Shown here in pieces: positions 18,323-24,288 of a stretch of DNA of 35,259 bases. Position numbers and translations under genes: made by a program. Every line of letters starts with the position of its first letter. Position 1 is the first letter of the stretch. The stretch is from IMG/VR virus record IMGVR_UViG_3300045988_102484. The stretch is one strand, 5' to 3'. The notes under the pieces are model-generated. The model was not told the DNA's origin. It was given only the letters and a program-made list of their open reading frames with translations, and made no database searches. The DNA comes from a virus.

Positions 18323-18473
18323 CGGAGACAACCCGCTTGTGGTGAAAATATGCATGGAACTATGCATAAGTAAATCAACATATCATCGCGATGTCAACGA
18401 GATCCGGAAATTGCTACATCAATACCTAAACGAAAAAGAAACTTTGGCGGAACTTTATCGAAAATTAAAATGA
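18279..18473 (+). CDS. Small HTH protein, sigma-70 region-4-like
   Basis: 64 aa: (L)TDRQKYIVKRKLFDGDNPLVVKICMELCISKSTYHRDVNEIRKLL resembles LTxRQxxV...IAxxLGISxxTV. Only a TTG start is available and the RBS is weak. Confidence 0.45.
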   Translation: MTDRQKYIVKRKLFDGDNPLVVKICMELCISKSTYHRDVNEIRKLLHQYLNEKETLAELYRKLK

Positions 18474-18488
18474 ACTTATATGGACTAA

Positions 18489-18513
18489 AGGCGGGACGCT
18501 GCCCCGCCTTTTT
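18489..18513 (+). terminator. Rho-independent terminator
   Basis: GGCGGG / CCCGCC stem (18490-18495 / 18503-18508), 7-nt loop, T5 tract. Confidence 0.75.
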
Positions 18514-18549
18514 GGCGTTATAATAAAAATACATTAGGAGGTGATCGGA

Positions 18550-18909
18550 ATGGCATATGGATATCAGCCCGGCAATTATGGCTTTATGCCCGGACAAATG
18601 GGGCAGTCCCAATCTTTTGGAGCTTATGGCATACCGCAGGCGCAGCAACCGACTTCCAACAAGTTGTTTGTCGTTTCCGCGGAAGATGCCTTGTCAAGAT
18701 TTGCGGCGCCAAATAGCATCATGATTTATCTGCTTCAGGACGAATCAACCCTATTTGAAGTATACACAGACGGTCAGGGGAAAAAGTCAATCAGAGCGCG
18801 GACGCTTACGGATGCGGCGCAGGAAGCTCCGGTTGAATATGCGACCAAAGCGGAACTGGAAGAGCTCAAAAAGGCAATAGATTCCATTAAGGGAGGAACA
18901 GCAACATGA
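18550..18909 (+). CDS. Hypothetical protein (Gly/Gln/Pro-rich N-terminus plus compact beta domain)
   Basis: AGGAGG lies 8 nt upstream of ATG 18550 (track start GTG 18541). 119 aa. Confidence 0.65.
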   Translation: MAYGYQPGNYGFMPGQMGQSQSFGAYGIPQAQQPTSNKLFVVSAEDALSRFAAPNSIMIYLLQDESTLFEVYTDGQGKKSIRARTLTDAAQEAPVEYATKAELEELKKAIDSIKGGTAT

Positions 18910-19163
18910 TCAATCCGGCGCAACTTATGCAGATGGTATCAGGGATGCTGCGAGGCGGAAATCCGCAGATGATTGCCCAGCAGATTCTTCGCCAAAATCC
19001 GCAGTTTGCTCAAGCGCTCCAGGGGCAGAACCCTCAAGCCATGGCGCAGAGCATGTTGAGGCAAGCCGGGCTTTCCCCACAGCAGATCCAGCAGATTGCG
19101 CAGGCAATCCAAGGCGGAGGATCTTCCATGCACAGCCCCGGAGCGTATGGGGCAAGGCAGTAA
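18906..19163 (+). CDS. Gln-rich helical repeat protein
   Basis: 85 aa, ATGA-coupled to the upstream gene, GGAGGA RBS. Repeated NPQ..AQ motifs. Confidence 0.6.
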   Translation: MINPAQLMQMVSGMLRGGNPQMIAQQILRQNPQFAQALQGQNPQAMAQSMLRQAGLSPQQIQQIAQAIQGGGSSMHSPGAYGARQ

Positions 19164-19216
19164 TTTCATCCGGAGCGCGCCCGGTTTGAAATAAAAAACG
19201 AAAGGAGAAAAAAACA

Positions 19217-19843
19217 ATGAGTGACTTTGCAGAAGGCTACGCGGTAGGTCAGTCCAACGGAGCCTATACCGATGGATTCGGCGGAGGCGGCGGCTGGGTT
19301 TGGATCATCGTCCTTTTCGCACTTTTCGGATTTGGCGGCTGGGGCAACAACCGAAATCAGGGCGCGGTGACCGAAGCGGGTTTGTGCAACGCAATGGGCT
19401 TCAATGATTTGGCAAATGCTGTCGGGCGGCTTTCCGACCAGAACCAAAATCAGACCATGACGCTCGGCAACGGGATTTGCAATCTCGGCTACGAGATGCA
19501 GGGAAGCATCGGGCAGCTCGGGAAGGATGTGGCTCTGTCTCAGGCGGAGCTCTCTCGGCAGATCTCCGACTGTTGCTGTGGCACACAGCGAGCGATTGAC
19601 GCCGCAAAATACGATCAGTCGCTTGGATTCGCCGCGGTAAACGCCAATATCGATGCCAAGTTCGCCGCGCTTGAAAAGGCTGGTCTTGAGCGGCAGATCG
19701 CCGATCAGGCGGCGAAGATCAACCAGCTGGAGCTGGCTCAGCAGATGTACGGCGTGGTGCGGTATCCCAATGGCTACACCTACAATGCCGGTGCATCCCC
19801 GTTCTGCGGATACGGTCAGTGCTGCGGCTCCGCAATCCAGTAA
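19217..19843 (+). CDS. Membrane-anchored Cys-rich coiled-coil protein with Gly-rich N-terminus
   Basis: AAAGGAGAAAAAAACA-ATG. N-terminus GFGGGGGWVWIIVLFALFGFGGWG (Gly-rich plus TM). CCC and CC clusters. 208 aa. Confidence 0.65.
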   Translation: MSDFAEGYAVGQSNGAYTDGFGGGGGWVWIIVLFALFGFGGWGNNRNQGAVTEAGLCNAMGFNDLANAVGRLSDQNQNQTMTLGNGICNLGYEMQGSIGQLGKDVALSQAELSRQISDCCCGTQRAIDAAKYDQSLGFAAVNANIDAKFAALEKAGLERQIADQAAKINQLELAQQMYGVVRYPNGYTYNAGASPFCGYGQCCGSAIQ

Positions 19844-19923
19844 ATCAAATTTTGGGGACTAATTATCCCCCATAAAATGGGGGGCGGGAATACTCGCCCC
19901 TGATTTGAATAAGGAGGAAAGCC

Positions 19924-20367
19924 ATGCTATTGATTGGAATCAAAAACACGAACGCGCAGACCCTTATATCCGGCGAGAACATCAACCTCGGGGCTGTATA
20001 CCGCCGGTACTGCCGGCGCAACTCATGCGGAACTCCGTCGTTCTCCGCATCCGGCACCGATCTGACAATCAACGCCGCCGGGATCTACCACGTCACGGCG
20101 ACGATGGTATGCACCGCAACGGTTGCCGGAATTGTATCGGCAGAGCTTTTCGCCAACGGGGTGGCGATCCCGGGCGCGATATCATCCGAGACGATAACGA
20201 CAGCCGGTACAGAACAGCGGACGCTTGTGATCGACCAGTACGTATTGGTTGACAGGGCTTGCACGCTCGGAACAAACGCAATCCGACCGGTGTCCTTGTC
20301 GATCGTAAACGCGGGAGTCGGCGCAACGTACTCTGCGATTACGCTCAACGCAGAAAAAGTGGCATAA
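19924..20367 (+). CDS. BclA C-terminal-domain-like (C1q/TNF-like jelly roll) protein without collagen repeats
   Basis: AAGGAGGAAAGCC-ATG, 147 aa. The segments ..AAGIYHVTATMVCTATVAGIVSAELFANGVAIPGAISS.. and ..SAITLNAEKVA parallel my memory of the Bacillus anthracis BclA CTD (..TGFYKITVIANTATASVLGGLTIQVNGVPVPGTGSS.., ..ASIIIEKVA). Confidence 0.55.
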   Translation: MLLIGIKNTNAQTLISGENINLGAVYRRYCRRNSCGTPSFSASGTDLTINAAGIYHVTATMVCTATVAGIVSAELFANGVAIPGAISSETITTAGTEQRTLVIDQYVLVDRACTLGTNAIRPVSLSIVNAGVGATYSAITLNAEKVA

Positions 20368-20381
20368 AGGGGGCGAGCGAG

Positions 20382-20867
20382 GTGAACGAAGTCGCAAGAA
20401 GGATCCTCATGGAAAGGCATCGCCGCCGAAAAGAACACGAAGCCACAGAGCCGGAAGAGCGGCGCGTCACAGTGCACGCCGCGATTTCCGACGATAACGA
20501 GCCGATTCGTCAAAGCGAAGATCTGGAAAATGAAGATCTGACGGAAGACGAGATGCGAGAATGGGCGCGCAATTTGCGAAACGCTGACGGTTCGCACGGC
20601 GCGCGCTTTTCGCGGCGCGAGATTGAGCGTGCCGCCGATGATCTCGGCATCAAAAATACCGGATACTCCCTCGATGACTTGTGGATGGCGGCAAATATGT
20701 CGTATTCTGACTACTGCGGCGCCTTGCTTGAGGTTTGTCCCGGAAATCGAAGCGAGGAGACCGCGCTCTACACTAAAATCGGAGCCGCTTTCCTGGACGA
20801 CTCCGATGCCTCGGTGCGCGGCTCGGAAAAATTGATGCTATACTATCGGTGTATAGTCGATGAATAA
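20382..20867 (+). CDS. Hypothetical protein (acidic N-terminus; ..NADGSHGARFSRREIE.., ..WMAANMSYSDYCGAL..)
   Basis: In-frame GTG 20382 follows AGGGGG. Alternative start ATG 20409. Track ORF 20259 overlaps the upstream gene. Last gene before the terminator. Confidence 0.55.
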   Translation: MNEVARRILMERHRRRKEHEATEPEERRVTVHAAISDDNEPIRQSEDLENEDLTEDEMREWARNLRNADGSHGARFSRREIERAADDLGIKNTGYSLDDLWMAANMSYSDYCGALLEVCPGNRSEETALYTKIGAAFLDDSDASVRGSEKLMLYYRCIVDE

Positions 20868-20870
20868 GAA

Positions 20871-20891
20871 AGCGGAGGCAACGCCTCCGCT
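20871..20891. terminator. Hairpin between convergent genes (bidirectional terminator)
   Basis: AGCGGAGGC-AAC-GCCTCCGCT, a 9-bp perfect stem. T-rich on the minus-strand exit side and moderately T-rich on the plus side. Confidence 0.7.
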
Positions 20892-20924
20892 CTCTTCACT
20901 TGTTCTTTATTTGTTTTTTTTATT

Positions 20925-21170
20925 TTATTGGTTTTCCCATTTTTTGAATTCTATGATTATTTTTGTCACGTTTTCAAAGTCGATGTATCCGTTTTCGTCC
21001 GGTTCACCTTTTACTACTGCGTAGTATTTGATTTTTCTCTTTTCCTCTTTAGTTAGGTATTTTTCCCATTCCCATTTTGCTTCTTGGATTGCTTCTTCTT
21101 TTGTTTTGAACATTGTTTGGAATCGGTCTACATTTTCTTGGCGAATAATTGCGTAAGCTTCATTTTTCAT
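20925..21170 (-). CDS. Small Lys/Glu-rich hypothetical protein in a low-GC island (third gene of the operon)
   Basis: AGGAGG RBS then ATG at 21170 (internal to track ORF 20925..21233). 81 aa. My hand count gives about 33% G+C against GC-rich flanks. Confidence 0.6.
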   Translation of the reverse strand: MKNEAYAIIRQENVDRFQTMFKTKEEAIQEAKWEWEKYLTKEEKRKIKYYAVVKGEPDENGYIDFENVTKIIIEFKKWENQ

Positions 21171-21405
21171 CTTTTCTTTCCTCCTTTGAACGATCCGATG
21201 TTTTCTTTGTCCGCCTATCCCTGAGCGGCTCAACGCCGGGGACGGCGGCAGCGATCAGCTCGCCGACAAATAAATTTACTGTTTTTCCGGCTTCTTTCGC
21301 CGCGTCTTTTACTTTTTGCGCGTCAGATTTCCGCAAGCTGATGTTGAGCGGCGAGTAGTTTTCGCGCTTATAATCACGAGTGTAATCTTTCAAGTTGTAG
21401 CCCAT
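21160..21405 (-). CDS. Ribbon-helix-helix (CopG/Arc-like) DNA-binding protein, antitoxin-like
   Basis: 81 aa. NISLRKSDAQKVKDAAKEAGKTVNLFVGELI fits the RHH strand-helix-helix pattern, followed by a basic disordered tail. Overlaps the downstream gene by 11 nt. Confidence 0.55.
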   Translation of the reverse strand: MGYNLKDYTRDYKRENYSPLNISLRKSDAQKVKDAAKEAGKTVNLFVGELIAAAVPGVEPLRDRRTKKTSDRSKEERKDEK

Positions 21406-21477
21406 ATTATTCTTTTCTTGCCTTTCTGATGATGCTCATCCCTTTCTGCGGGGATTAGCCGCCCCGCTCGGCTATCA

Positions 21478-21780
21478 TCAAAAGTTGTGGATCTCGCCGT
21501 CTCGCCCGATGTATCTTTCGTGGCATAGCTTTGCCATTTCAAGACCGCTAAAAACGATTTGCATCGGGTGCAGTCCAGCTTCTTTTTTGCCGTTCGTGAA
21601 ATCCGCGTACTTTCTGCGCGTGCCGAAGTTATCATTTTTGACGATGATGTCGCCGCGCTCGTTTCCGAAGTTAACAACCACCGCGCGAACCTCCCGGTTG
21701 ACATTGAAGTGATTTTCGTCGATATCGAACACCTCCTTGTATATCTTGGTCGTCAATTCCGCTTTCGTTGCCTTTCCCAT
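21478..21780 (-). CDS. Hypothetical protein (first gene of the attP-proximal operon)
   Basis: GGAGGA lies 7 nt before ATG 21780 (track ORF starts at 21798). 100 aa, no motif recognised. Confidence 0.6.
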   Translation of the reverse strand: MGKATKAELTTKIYKEVFDIDENHFNVNREVRAVVVNFGNERGDIIVKNDNFGTRRKYADFTNGKKEAGLHPMQIVFSGLEMAKLCHERYIGRDGEIHNF

Positions 21781-21840
21781 TTTCCGTTCCTCCATCATTT
21801 ATTTGTTTTCGTTTTATGGGCTCCTTGCCCCTGTGGCTGT

Positions 21841-21869
21841 ATTATACCACAATTCGCGCGAATTGTCAA
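21841..21869 (-). promoter_or_regulatory. Consensus sigma-70-type promoter with an 18-bp palindromic operator
   Basis: The minus strand reads TTGACA (21869..21864), a 17-nt spacer, then TATAAT (21846..21841). The perfect palindrome ACAATTCGCGCGAATTGT (21849..21866) fills the spacer and overlaps the -35. Confidence 0.8.
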
Positions 21870-21894
21870 GGGGGTTTGAAAAATTTTTTTCAAA

Positions 21895-21920
21895 TTTTCG
21901 TTTCAATTTTTCGTTTCAAA
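21895..21920. repeat. Two tandem 13-bp units TTTTCGTTTCAA(T/A); candidate integrase arm-type sites
   Basis: CGTTTCAA at 21899..21906 and 21912..21919, in the same orientation as the copies at 22116 and 22128. Confidence 0.6.
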
Positions 21921-22012
21921 TAACGCGCAAAAAGCCAGTACAAACCGCGCGCAAACATGCGCGTTTGCTCTATTTTTTGAGCATAAAAAGCGCCGTGCAT
22001 CAACAGAAAAGT

Positions 22013-22041
22013 AAAAAAGCCTTGTTTTCACAAGGCTTTTT
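22013..22041. terminator. Bidirectional hairpin terminator next to the attP core
   Basis: A6-GCCTTG-TTTTCA-CAAGGC-T5. On the minus strand it directly follows the tRNA-like 3' end. Confidence 0.75.
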
Positions 22042-22044
22042 GTT

Positions 22045-22069
22045 TGGAGCGAGTAACGGGAATCGAACC
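22045..22069 (-). other. attP core: 3'-terminal ~25 nt of a tRNA (T-loop, acceptor strand, discriminator U, CCA)
   Basis: The minus strand reads GGTTCGATTCCCGTTACTCGCTCCA. Upstream sequence does not complete a cloverleaf. The integrase gene lies 63 bp away. Confidence 0.7.
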
Positions 22070-22115
22070 GTTTACTATGTGCGAAAATCCATTGTCGGAT
22101 ATATATTTTTTTCGG

Positions 22116-22135
22116 CGTTTCAAATTTCGTTTCAA
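22116..22135. repeat. Two further CGTTTCAA copies (12-bp spacing) overlapping the int stop codon
   Basis: CGTTTCAA at 22116..22123 and 22128..22135. Confidence 0.6.
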
Positions 22136-23199
22136 TTTTTGCTAAAAACTCCAGAAAAATAGGACTGCAGCTGATCCTGGACGCTGCTCTTTTTGGACGC
22201 CATGATGTGCCCGTAAACTTGGTCAATCATGTTCTCTGTCTCGTGCCCGACATAGTCCGCGATGTACTTCTTCGGCACGTTGAGCGACAGCATGACGGAT
22301 ATCAGATAATGTCGCAAGTCGTGGAAGCGGTACTGCCGGACGCCTGCACGTTTAATGACCCACCGCCAGCGCGACGTGATGTCCGCCGGGTTGATCGTGA
22401 TGCGGTCGCCCGGCTCCGCTCCGTTCGGCTTGGCGGCATTCAGCGCGTCCACGACCGCCGGGAACAGCTTGATGGTTCGCGTGCCGGCTCTCGTCTTGGT
22501 TGTCTTTGTGTGGTATTCATTGTCGTCTCCGAGTACCAGTGCCTGATGGATGCTGATGATGCCATCGTATAGATCTACATCGCGCCACGTGAGCGCGGCG
22601 ATCTCCGAACGACGCATACCACAGCAGGCGCCAAGTAAGACCGGGATTTCCATATCGGTGCCGGCGGCGGCTTGCATAATGCGCCGAATCTCCTGCTCTG
22701 TCGGTATCCTGACCGTGCTCCGCTCCTTCTGCGGCATTCGAATGTTGAAAGTCACGTCCGGCATCTCGTCAGCAAGAGACGCCGAAAAAAGCCCGTAGGC
22801 GTTGCGAACCGTTTTGGGCGCAACTCTGCGTGCCTCATCGTTTACGACGCTCTGGACGAGATTTTGCGACAGCCCCGACAGTTTAGCATCCAGAAGCTCC
22901 TGCAAATTGTTCCGGACTATGCCACGGTATGAGCGAATCGTAGCCGGGGACAGGACTGCGGCGCGGCGGTCTATATAGTCGTTCATCATGTCGCGGACGG
23001 TTCGTCCCTGCCCTGTCCGTGCCGCGCGCTTGTCTGCCTTGCGCGCGGCAAGCTCCAGCTGAACCTCGGCATAGGTGGCGCGCGTGATTGACTCGACGAT
23101 AGACTTACCGTCCGGATCCTTTCCGGCGTATATGCGCGCCGTATAGGAGCCGGACGGGAGTTGTTTGATTCTGGGTAGCCTTGTGTTGCGTCGCGTCAT
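22132..23199 (-). CDS. int: Tyrosine recombinase / phage integrase
   Basis: 355 aa. Has ..AALTWRDVDL.. (Arg), HDLRHYLIS (HxxR) and GHETENMIDQVYGH (His...Tyr), plus an N-terminal SAM-like arm/core-binding region. Adjacent to attP. Confidence 0.92.
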   Translation of the reverse strand: MTRRNTRLPRIKQLPSGSYTARIYAGKDPDGKSIVESITRATYAEVQLELAARKADKRAARTGQGRTVRDMMNDYIDRRAAVLSPATIRSYRGIVRNNLQELLDAKLSGLSQNLVQSVVNDEARRVAPKTVRNAYGLFSASLADEMPDVTFNIRMPQKERSTVRIPTEQEIRRIMQAAAGTDMEIPVLLGACCGMRRSEIAALTWRDVDLYDGIISIHQALVLGDDNEYHTKTTKTRAGTRTIKLFPAVVDALNAAKPNGAEPGDRITINPADITSRWRWVIKRAGVRQYRFHDLRHYLISVMLSLNVPKKYIADYVGHETENMIDQVYGHIMASKKSSVQDQLQSYFSGVFSKN

Positions 23200-23621
23200 C
23201 TCTTATCTATCACAATCTGGGTAACCTTCCCGTCCCGGCAATACACGGTAACGGTCAGAAGGTAGCCCTGCGAGGAAACGCGCCAATACGGGAATATACA
23301 GAGCGTTGAGGTCGGGTATCTGCGCGCGAACACATACGACACGGAGCCGTCCTCCAGTATGCTCTTTGCCGGAGAAAATCCGGCGGACTCAACAATCCTG
23401 ACCGCCGTTTCTTCTACGAGCCCGATCTGCAGGCACTTGGCGCTTTCTCGCAACTGGCGCACCTTGTCACGCTCCCGCGACTGCTTGCAGAACGCGACGA
23501 CAAAGCCGATCATCAGATAGAGCGCCAAAGCAATGCCTACGATAATCAGGGTGCGCTTGACGTCTACGTTCTTGGTGGCAGGTGCCACACCGTTCGACAC
23601 AATGAAAGATAAAAACCGCAT
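23196..23621 (-). CDS. Single-pass membrane protein co-transcribed with int (superinfection-exclusion candidate)
   Basis: AGGAGG then ATG 23621 (internal to track ORF 23196..23780). 141 aa. TM segment LIIVGIALALYLMIGFVVAF. ATGA overlap with the int start. Confidence 0.6.
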   Translation of the reverse strand: MRFLSFIVSNGVAPATKNVDVKRTLIIVGIALALYLMIGFVVAFCKQSRERDKVRQLRESAKCLQIGLVEETAVRIVESAGFSPAKSILEDGSVSYVFARRYPTSTLCIFPYWRVSSQGYLLTVTVYCRDGKVTQIVIDKR

Positions 23622-23639
23622 AGTATCCTCCTGAAGTAT

Positions 23640-23645
23640 ATTATA
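23640..23645 (-). promoter_or_regulatory. -10 box (TATAAT) of a probable promoter for the membrane-protein/int operon
   Basis: The minus strand reads TATAAT about 19 nt upstream of ATG 23621. The -35 is poor (CGGACG with a 16-nt spacer). Confidence 0.4.
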
Positions 23646-23734
23646 GTTGTTTTTCAAGGCGCGTCCGCCGTCGATTTTACCAAATATATCTTTACAATTT
23701 ATGCCAAAAGTCAATAGACGCGGACGGCGGCAGG

Positions 23735-23743
23735 TGTTATAAT
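23735..23743 (+). promoter_or_regulatory. Extended -10 promoter (TGTTATAAT) reading toward the repressor gene
   Basis: TGnTATAAT at 23735..23743. A weak -35, TAGACG, lies 17 nt upstream. Confidence 0.55.
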
Positions 23744-23773
23744 AAGACATGAAGAAAAGCAAGGAGGAAAAAA

Positions 23774-23953
23774 ATGACAAAATCGGAATTGCAAGAACGC
23801 CTGACCGCCATCATTCGCGCGAGCGACAAGCCCGAGCTTGTCGCCGCTCTCACTGTCCTTTCCGCTCGTACATACGTGCGATTGCTTCGACCGTCTGCAG
23901 GAAGTCCTCCCGCTTGTCCGCCGGGACACTGTCCGCCGCCTTCAGAACGCTGA
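23774..23953 (+). CDS. 59-codon ORF with strong RBS, convergent with and overlapping the repressor 3' end (small protein or antisense RNA)
   Basis: AAGGAGG lies 6 nt (AAAAAA) upstream of ATG 23774. Encodes MTKSELQERLTAIIRASDKPELVAALTVLSARTYV... Below the 60-aa track cut-off. The last ~35 codons are antisense to 23850..23953. Confidence 0.4.
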   Translation: MTKSELQERLTAIIRASDKPELVAALTVLSARTYVRLLRPSAGSPPACPPGHCPPPSER

Positions 23954-24194
23954 CCATATACGGCGGCATTTCGCCCTCTGCTTCGGCAGGGGGCTTTTTT
24001 TCGTCCCGCTCGGTCAATAGATCCGCAACCGATACGCCGAAATAATCCGCAATCTTGCGAACCGTTGAGTTTCGCGGGACAGTATTATCGCCCCATTCCG
24101 AGAAAACAGAGGAAGAGAAACCGAGGTCTGTCATAACCTTAGACGGAGATACGCCCTTGTCGGCGCAGATTTTGATGAAATTACTCTTAAACAT
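23850..24194 (-). CDS. XRE-family HTH repressor (CI-like)
   Basis: 114 aa. ..KGVSPSKVMTDLGFSSSVFSEWGDNTVPRNSTVRKIADYFGVSVADLL.. is a classic HTH_3 domain. Divergent from the early promoter. No SD precedes ATG 24194, so the transcript may be leaderless. Confidence 0.85.
   Translation of the reverse strand: MFKSNFIKICADKGVSPSKVMTDLGFSSSVFSEWGDNTVPRNSTVRKIADYFGVSVADLLTERDEKKPPAEAEGEMPPYMVSVLKAADSVPADKREDFLQTVEAIARMYERKGQ
23973..24001 (+). terminator. Rho-independent terminator on the + strand, embedded in the repressor coding region
   Basis: GCCCTCTGC-TTCG-GCAGGGGGC (9 bp including one G.U pair, TTCG loop) followed by T7 (23995..24001). Confidence 0.75.
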
Positions 24195-24236
24195 GGCAAA
24201 CGTTACAAAACCCTTTTTTCAAAATTGTGCAACCAT

Positions 24237-24288
24237 ACAAAACCGAGAAAAACCGAACAAGACTATTGACAAACCGAGAAAAACCGAG
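24237..24288 (+). promoter_or_regulatory. Operator-like direct repeats (two ACAAA(A)CCGAGAAAAACCGA units = four AACCGA half-sites)
   Basis: AACCGA at 24241, 24251, 24273 and 24283, with spacings of 10, 22 and 10 bp. The second unit forms the spacer of the early promoter. Confidence 0.65.

Noticed and set aside
18519-18524. TATAAT box just after the 18489..18513 terminator as a promoter for the accessory operon
   Set aside because: No -35 or TG extension is present, because the required positions fall inside the terminator hairpin. It could be an activator-dependent promoter, but the sequence alone does not support calling it.
22045-22120. A complete tRNA gene on the minus strand
   Set aside because: Only the 3' ~25 nt look like tRNA. 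The adjacent bases (..GTAAAC before GGTTCG) do not form the 5' half of the T-stem, and no anticodon or D arm can be drawn. It is interpreted as the attP core instead.
23650-23730. CCGCCGTC ... GACGGCGG inverted repeat flanking an AT-rich stretch in the int/repressor gap as a distinct regulatory element
   Set aside because: It is only 8 bp long, a length expected by chance in GC-rich DNA, and has no further symmetry. It overlaps the weak -35 regions of the two divergent promoters, so it cannot be separated from them without data.
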